Shown here: positions 58,875 through 64,000 of the stretch, one piece after another
Layout of the letters: each line of letters opens with the position of its first letter
How positions within the stretch are numbered: position 1 is the first letter of the stretch
IMG/VR virus record: IMGVR_UViG_3300023179_005195
Location: 1 to 64,000 of that record
Length of the DNA: 64,000 bases
Direction: 5' to 3' (one strand)
Source: an uncultured virus (IMG/VR IMGVR_UViG_3300023179_005195)
Taxonomy: Duplodnaviria; Heunggongvirae; Uroviricota; Caudoviricetes
Notes under the pieces: generated by a model
Told to the model about the DNA's origin: nothing
The model's input: the letters and a program-made list of their open reading frames with translations, nothing else
Database searches by the model: none
Position numbers and translations under genes: made by a program

Positions 58875-59054
58875 TTATTCTGGTCTCCATTCTACTCGAC
58901 CCCATTGATCGACTTTGGCAATACTAGAGATACGTTTGATTTCAACATAATCTTTTTTCTCAACAATTATAACGCCTCCTCTTTTTACTAGGTCTTCTAT
59001 TTTTTGAGTAGCATTAAAATTTAACGGTTCAAATTTTTTTAATTTTTTATTCAC
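58875..59054 (-). CDS. Small hypothetical protein
   Basis: Hand-translated, GTG start with SD GGAG, 59 aa. Confidence 0.5.
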   Translation of the reverse strand: MNKKLKKFEPLNFNATQKIEDLVKRGGVIIVEKKDYVEIKRISSIAKVDQWGRVEWRPE

Positions 59055-59063
59055 AATATTCTC

Positions 59064-59666
59064 CTACATTATAGGCGCATTGCCGTTACGAAATCCTACA
59101 TGCCCTCCTTGTGCTACAATCCTAGCATTAACTTCTTCAAGACTAATTGGAGCAAAGTCAATTTGTTCAACACTTACGTTGAAATAACGTGGGTCGATCT
59201 CGTCACCATATTCAAATTCTCCGGACTTTCGATTAACACCCGTGATCTTCATCACACGGTTGGCGTGAAGGTGTCCGTGAATGTTGGTGCCAAACCTACC
59301 AAGACTTTCTGGATGAATGGGAACGTGACTAAAGATCATACCGTTCTTAACGTCAAAGGCACGAATGTCTCTAAAGTATTGGCTGTAGTCCTCCAGTTTA
59401 AAGATATCGTGGTTACCGCGTATAAGCACTTTGTCTCCATTAAGCCTACCAAGAATGTGTAGGAACTTGCGATTGATAACCACATCGCCACAGTGGTATA
59501 CCTTGTCATTTGGACGAACACGTTCGTTCCAAGCCTTTACCATAAACTCGTCCATTTCTTCAGCACAACTGAAGGGACGAAGTGGTGAGCCGTCTGCCCG
59601 TTTGAATACGGTGCAGGTTTTCTCGTGTCCGAAATGTGTGTCACTGATAAAAAAAGTTGCTGGCAT
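59064..59666 (-). CDS. Calcineurin-like metallophosphoesterase
   Basis: SDTHFGH, GD, GNHD, H, HGHLH. Confidence 0.9.
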   Translation of the reverse strand: MPATFFISDTHFGHEKTCTVFKRADGSPLRPFSCAEEMDEFMVKAWNERVRPNDKVYHCGDVVINRKFLHILGRLNGDKVLIRGNHDIFKLEDYSQYFRDIRAFDVKNGMIFSHVPIHPESLGRFGTNIHGHLHANRVMKITGVNRKSGEFEYGDEIDPRYFNVSVEQIDFAPISLEEVNARIVAQGGHVGFRNGNAPIM

Positions 59667-59917
59667 TATTTTGCTCCTGATGATTTCTTCAATATATACA
59701 TACTAACTACTGGTCCTTCTATCTTTACCAAATCAGATGGATATCTATTGTATGTTAGCGATTGCCACTTTCTTGGAGGTTCTATTTTCTTAATTTTTAC
59801 CATTTTTGGATTTATTTTAACGACTATTCCCAAATCTAAAGAATTATGTAGTGAATATACTACACAATCGCCTATCTTGATTTCTTGGTCAAGTTTATCT
59901 CTAAATAATTCTGTCAT
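59666..59917 (-). CDS. Hypothetical protein (SH3/KOW-like)
   Basis: DKLDQEIKIGDCVVY...PKMVKI. Confidence 0.65.
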   Translation of the reverse strand: MTELFRDKLDQEIKIGDCVVYSLHNSLDLGIVVKINPKMVKIKKIEPPRKWQSLTYNRYPSDLVKIEGPVVSMYILKKSSGAK

Positions 59918-60330
59918 TGAATTTCTTCTTTTGAGGTGCTGGGGAATTTACTACTACCATATCTTATTATTAACAAACTTATTGCTAAGATTAGGGTAGT
60001 ACCGCCAAGGGCTATAATTTCAATTAGATTATCTTTACTATGGGCGACGATATCAACCAAATGCCGTGTCAACGCTGTTATAGCAATATAAATTAAAAAT
60101 CTTACAGGCATATGATTTGTTTTAAAATATATGCCAACCATAGCACCGATTTCAAGATAGATAAACATTAACAAAAGATCTTGTATACTAGCATGGTGTT
60201 TTTTGAACATTTCAAAAAATTCCCATCCCGCTGCATAAACTGTAGCCGCACCGATTGAAAATAATGCCAATCTATGGAAAATTCCAACTAGATCATTACC
60301 TACTTTATCCAAAAGAGAAAATTGTTTCAT
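59914..60330 (-). CDS. psiE: Phosphate-starvation-inducible PsiE-like membrane protein
   Basis: DLLLMFIYLEIGAMVGIYFKTNHMPVRFLIYIAITALTR. Confidence 0.85.
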   Translation of the reverse strand: MKQFSLLDKVGNDLVGIFHRLALFSIGAATVYAAGWEFFEMFKKHHASIQDLLLMFIYLEIGAMVGIYFKTNHMPVRFLIYIAITALTRHLVDIVAHSKDNLIEIIALGGTTLILAISLLIIRYGSSKFPSTSKEEIQ

Positions 60331-60346
60331 GTTCACCTCCTTGTTT

Positions 60347-60375
60347 ATTTTAACAGATTTTTCAAATTATGTCAA
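60347..60375 (-). promoter_or_regulatory. sigma70 promoter with extended -10
   Basis: TTGACA-17-TAAAAT, with TGn before the -10 box. Confidence 0.7.
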
Positions 60376-60376
60376 G

Positions 60377-60401
60377 AAAAATGCAGGACTAGCCTGCATT
60401 T
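60377..60401 (-). terminator. Intrinsic terminator
   Basis: AATGCAGG-CTAGT-CCTGCATT hairpin followed by a T-run. Confidence 0.75.
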
Positions 60402-60426
60402 AAGTTAATTTCATGTATGAATTACA

Positions 60427-60564
60427 CTATTTGCCCTGTCCTCGATATGATTTGTAACTTCTACGTTTAGACTTATTCATTGTACTTGTTTTTGGTGCAG
60501 ACCCGCCTTGACTGGTACTTTTTTTAATAGATTTCCTTTGACTTTGTTCTTTTGCTTTAGCCAT
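60427..60564 (-). CDS. Small highly basic protein
   Basis: Hand-translated MAKAKEQ...NKSKRRSYKSYRGQGK, 45 aa, SD GGAG. Confidence 0.6.
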   Translation of the reverse strand: MAKAKEQSQRKSIKKSTSQGGSAPKTSTMNKSKRRSYKSYRGQGK

Positions 60565-60582
60565 ATATAGTCTCCGTTTGTA

Positions 60583-61581
60583 TTATTTAAGCGATGATAA
60601 AATATTATGTAAACTTTGCTCAAATGTATACTGTGGTGTCCAGTTCAAATCATTACCAATGTTGTTTATACTAGGTACTCTATTACTAACATCTTCATAC
60701 CCAGCACCGTAAAATTCTCCACTGCTTTTTACTTTAATCTGTACGTCAGTTACTAACTTGTGTTCCTTCATTTTTTCAATTAACATCATTGCCACTTCTC
60801 TCACACTGAAATTGTTCCAAGGATTACCAACATTGTAAATTTTTTGGTTACTTATATCTTCATTTAATATCATAGCCTTTAGAGCTGAAACTCCGTCTCT
60901 TACATCAGTAAAACACCGTTTCTGATTGCCTCCATCTACTAAAGTAACTTCTCCTTTAATTTGAGCGTCGTTTATGAGTTGAGTAATTAGTCTACTAGAT
61001 CCTTCTGAGCTTGACTCTAAACTGTCCAGGTATGGGCCTACCCAATTAAAAGGCCTGAACAAAGTAAAACGAAATGGTGACTTTTGATGCATGGCAAATA
61101 CCACCCTGTCCAATAGCTGTTTACTACAGGCATAAATCCATCGGCTATATTTAATTGGGCCATAGGTTAAATCTGTGGTATTTTCGTCAAATGGTGCAAT
61201 TCCTTTACCATATACTTCGCTGGTGCTAGGAAAAATTACACGTTTGTTTAGTTTGTGACATAGTTTCAATATTCTTAAATTTTCTTCAAAATCTAGTTCA
61301 AATACATCCATTGGACGTTCGACATATATTTTTGGTGTAGCAATGGCTACTAGCGGTAATACAATGTCTGTATCTTGTATTAAAGAATCTATGTATTGTC
61401 TAGACTGTAAAATATTAGCTTTATGAAACTGGAACCTGTTAGACGACGGAAGCATGTCTGTGCGCAGTTTATTGGCATCTATTCCTGTAATTGTATATTC
61501 TGCAAATTTTTCATCTTGTAGGATTGAATCAGTTAAATGATAGCCTATAAACCCATCAGACCCTAAAATTAATATTTTCAT
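60583..61581 (-). CDS. ArnA-type UDP-glucuronate oxidative decarboxylase domain
   Basis: LGSDGFIG, PLVAIATP, VFELDFEENL, PSTSEVYG, RWIYACSKQLLDR, FRPFNW. Confidence 0.85.
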   Translation of the reverse strand: MKILILGSDGFIGYHLTDSILQDEKFAEYTITGIDANKLRTDMLPSSNRFQFHKANILQSRQYIDSLIQDTDIVLPLVAIATPKIYVERPMDVFELDFEENLRILKLCHKLNKRVIFPSTSEVYGKGIAPFDENTTDLTYGPIKYSRWIYACSKQLLDRVVFAMHQKSPFRFTLFRPFNWVGPYLDSLESSSEGSSRLITQLINDAQIKGEVTLVDGGNQKRCFTDVRDGVSALKAMILNEDISNQKIYNVGNPWNNFSVREVAMMLIEKMKEHKLVTDVQIKVKSSGEFYGAGYEDVSNRVPSINNIGNDLNWTPQYTFEQSLHNILSSLK

Positions 61582-62298
61582 TTATAACCTTTCTAACTTT
61601 TCTTTTTTATCATTTATTATATGCGAAATTTGTTCACCGAGACAATCTTCGTTGTTTACTACGGTCAAAACAGTTGAACCTCTTTTTAAAGAATTAGTAT
61701 TTCCTAGTTCAATGGTATAATCTGCGGTAGTTGTTTCTATTTCTATAATGAGAGATCTAATCTTGCTCTTGATAATGTTGACCTGGCTGATTGAATCTAT
61801 AACGTAATGTCCAAACTGTTCTACATATAAATCAGAATTATTATTTTTCAAATAATTATCTATAGAAACAATATGGTACATCCATTCTTGAGCTGAATGC
61901 TGTTCTACAGCCCAATTGTATTTTATTCCACAGATTGTTTCTTGTTGTTCTAAAAAGTCTGTAAATATTTCACTAAATCTGTATTGACTTAAAAAAAATA
62001 CCGGAATATCTCCAACTAATTCTTTAGCCTTACGCCTTTCGTTGGCGGAAGCAAATCCTTTTTCTATATAAATTTCTTTAGGTAAATGTGGTAGGCAATC
62101 TTTTAAATCATTTAAATGATTTTCAGTTTTAGAAAGGATAAACAAAGGATATCCCTGAGTAAATTTGGGATATTGAGATCTTGAAAATAACGCTAATCTG
62201 TCATCAGATCCGATATGAACTGGTAAAAGTCCATGGTTCTTAATCTTATTTCCTAATAGCCTGGCCCATTTGCCAGTGCCGTATACTACTGCATACAG
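61582..62298 (-). CDS. Divergent Gfo/Idh/MocA-like oxidoreductase, probable CTG start
   Basis: Frame open to 62298; (M)YAVVYGTGKWA Rossmann start; IEKG motif; SD AAGGAG 7 nt before CTG. Confidence 0.65.
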   Translation of the reverse strand: MYAVVYGTGKWARLLGNKIKNHGLLPVHIGSDDRLALFSRSQYPKFTQGYPLFILSKTENHLNDLKDCLPHLPKEIYIEKGFASANERRKAKELVGDIPVFFLSQYRFSEIFTDFLEQQETICGIKYNWAVEQHSAQEWMYHIVSIDNYLKNNNSDLYVEQFGHYVIDSISQVNIIKSKIRSLIIEIETTTADYTIELGNTNSLKRGSTVLTVVNNEDCLGEQISHIINDKKEKLERL

Positions 62299-63437
62299 AC
62301 AATTTCTCCTTTGTGTCCACGAGACATTAACTTATTCTTAATTTCTTCAAAGAAATTCCAAGCAGTAACAACTACAAGACAATCTTTATTCATTTTTTCA
62401 GGACTTTCTATTACTATGTTTGTTCCTGGGAAATAAAATCCTTGTTTTAGTTCATTGTCATCGTACACCCCAAACAATGAATTTGAAACTAAATCTAACA
62501 TGTATAAACTTGTTACAGCTTTAGCCGCTGCACCGTAGGCTACAAAAGGTCTTCCTAAAATAATAGAGTTCATGTTATTCTTACGTTGAACTATATAATT
62601 TTCTACCTTCGTACGTTGTATATCTATGTTTACAGGTTCAAATGTTGTAATAGATGGTTTATCTACTTTTCTAGCAATTAATCTAAAACTTAAACCATGT
62701 GAGTTTATAAGCTCAAATTCTTCAACAGTCAGGCCATGTTTTGCTAATAATGTGCCAAATGAATGGGGGCTATAATAGTCAATATGCTCATGATAAACAT
62801 TATCTAAATGTGTTCCTTGTAATATAGCATCACGATGGCCGCATTCGACCATTAGAACTCCGCCATCCTTTAACGATCGTGATATGCCCTTTATTACATC
62901 GTCTGTATCTGGAATATGCGCCAATACATTATTAGCACAAACTAAATCAAATTTAGCAGTCCATTCACGTTTATTGACCAGTGCAGTGGTAAAAAACCCG
63001 TTTACCAATGGCATGTTATTTTCTACGTATTCATTTACAAGATATGCACTCGGCTCAACTCCTTGGACCTGGCATCCTTTTTCTTTAAATTGGAGTAACA
63101 AGAATCCATCATTGCTGCCGATTTCTAAAACTTTACTATTATTAGAAAGATTGAATTTTTCAAAAGCATAATTTGCCAAAGCGGTAAAATGATTTCTAAA
63201 TGATTTAGAAACCGCAGATTTATATCTGTAACTGGCAAAAACCTTGTCTGGATCAGGTGCTGCTGCCAATTGCAAATGACCACACTGTTCACAGTAGTTT
63301 AAATCTAAAGGATACTTTGTGAAATTCGGTATCTCAAACAATGCATTAGCTACAGGACTAGATGGCAATGATAACCAGGGATTAATATTATTATTGCCGC
63401 AACATCTACAAGATTGGTACTTAAACATATTGCTCAT
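62286..63437 (-). CDS. NDP-hexose C-methyltransferase-like protein
   Basis: CRCC..CEQCGHLQL zinc site, EIGSNDG, NVLAH, YHEH, YGAAAK, AWNF. Confidence 0.88.
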   Translation of the reverse strand: MSNMFKYQSCRCCGNNNINPWLSLPSSPVANALFEIPNFTKYPLDLNYCEQCGHLQLAAAPDPDKVFASYRYKSAVSKSFRNHFTALANYAFEKFNLSNNSKVLEIGSNDGFLLLQFKEKGCQVQGVEPSAYLVNEYVENNMPLVNGFFTTALVNKREWTAKFDLVCANNVLAHIPDTDDVIKGISRSLKDGGVLMVECGHRDAILQGTHLDNVYHEHIDYYSPHSFGTLLAKHGLTVEEFELINSHGLSFRLIARKVDKPSITTFEPVNIDIQRTKVENYIVQRKNNMNSIILGRPFVAYGAAAKAVTSLYMLDLVSNSLFGVYDDNELKQGFYFPGTNIVIESPEKMNKDCLVVVTAWNFFEEIKNKLMSRGHKGEIVCMQ

Positions 63438-63807
63438 GTAACGGACGAATTCTTACAATGTCTTCATCATAACTTACAGCATCACGCTTATGTTCACTAA
63501 TAACAACCATTACAGATGGACTTGTAAATACCATTTCATGGTCGATTAATGGTCCAGTTTTAAACAACTCCCCTGCAACTATACGTTCTTTATGAATTTT
63601 TGTTTCACCGTGGTCACGCCAATAATAATCCATATCTCCGCTGACTAAGAAACAAACATGAGTGTCTGTTTTATGATAATGGTTGGCCCTAATGGCACCT
63701 GTTTCAGACCAAATCATTTGTACATTGGCCATGTCATGTACTATAGGTAAAATTTTTCCTCTAGCATCGGTATATCCGAGTTCTAGTGGTAATTTATGAG
63801 TTGGCAT
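63421..63807 (-). CDS. Cupin sugar isomerase/epimerase-like protein
   Basis: DARG, RANHYH and a downstream H (cupin metal site). Confidence 0.75.
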   Translation of the reverse strand: MPTHKLPLELGYTDARGKILPIVHDMANVQMIWSETGAIRANHYHKTDTHVCFLVSGDMDYYWRDHGETKIHKERIVAGELFKTGPLIDHEMVFTSPSVMVVISEHKRDAVSYDEDIVRIRPLHEQYV

Positions 63808-63847
63808 TTTTTATCCTTGTTAATTAAGTATGTATTTAATAAACTTC

Positions 63848-64000
63848 TTAAAAGCCTCTATTTCTTTTGACGTTCCATGCTATAGCAGTTTCTAATCCAG
63901 AAGGTTTAGTATCGTTAATTACAATTCTTTCACCAACAGGCAAATCAAAGATAATCTTATCGTATCTTAGATTAAATTTCTTGAGTGCTTGTTTTGTTTG
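63848..64000 (-). CDS. Partial ORF (C-terminus only), possibly HAD-like
   Basis: Hand-translated ...YDKIIFDLPVGERIVINDTKP...RGF*. Confidence 0.5.
   Translation of the reverse strand, partial: QTKQALKKFNLRYDKIIFDLPVGERIVINDTKPSGLETAIAWNVKRNRGF

Noticed and set aside
58845..59060. Apparent gap as a tRNA or ncRNA site
   Set aside because: It holds a 59-codon ORF with an SD; I saw no cloverleaf or T-loop motif here or elsewhere by eye.
1..64000. Stop-codon reassignment as seen in some jumbo phages
   Set aside because: Known proteins are full length in the standard code, and TAA, TAG and TGA all end genes at sensible places.

Overview
This 64 kb window is from a large, AT-rich tailed phage (probably a jumbo myovirus with T4-style gene expression). 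Genes are dense, almost all on the minus strand, and read in the standard genetic code. From left to right: (1) 1-7.8 kb, a cluster of proteins with T4 internal-protein-like N-termini, including three adjacent nucleotidyltransferases of different folds, a LysM/lytic transglycosylase fusion and Dps; (2) 7.9-11.7 kb, virion/baseplate-fibre genes; (3) ClpA, peptide deformylase and DnaJ; (4) a lysis-like cassette (holin, GH19 endolysin, lipoproteins); (5) PhoH, clamp loader, GroES and a stand-alone DnaE fragment; (6) a collagen/S74 tail fibre; (7) UvdE beside a kinase + sedoheptulose-7-phosphate cyclase (EEVS-like) + SDR operon; (8) UDP-GlcA decarboxylase, DadA, QueD, ClpP and an exported subtilase; (9) a hypervariable array of short paralogous ORFs; (10) FolE and a large glycosylation/NDP-sugar island. 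Many perfectly spaced sigma70 promoters and T4-late-like TAAATA boxes are visible, some inside hairpins that hide the translation start. The best candidates for undescribed biology are the phage C7-cyclitol synthase operon, the putative virion-packaged three-nucleotidyltransferase module and a preQ1-I-like pseudoknot in the queD leader. All product calls come from motif recognition by eye; no database searches were run.
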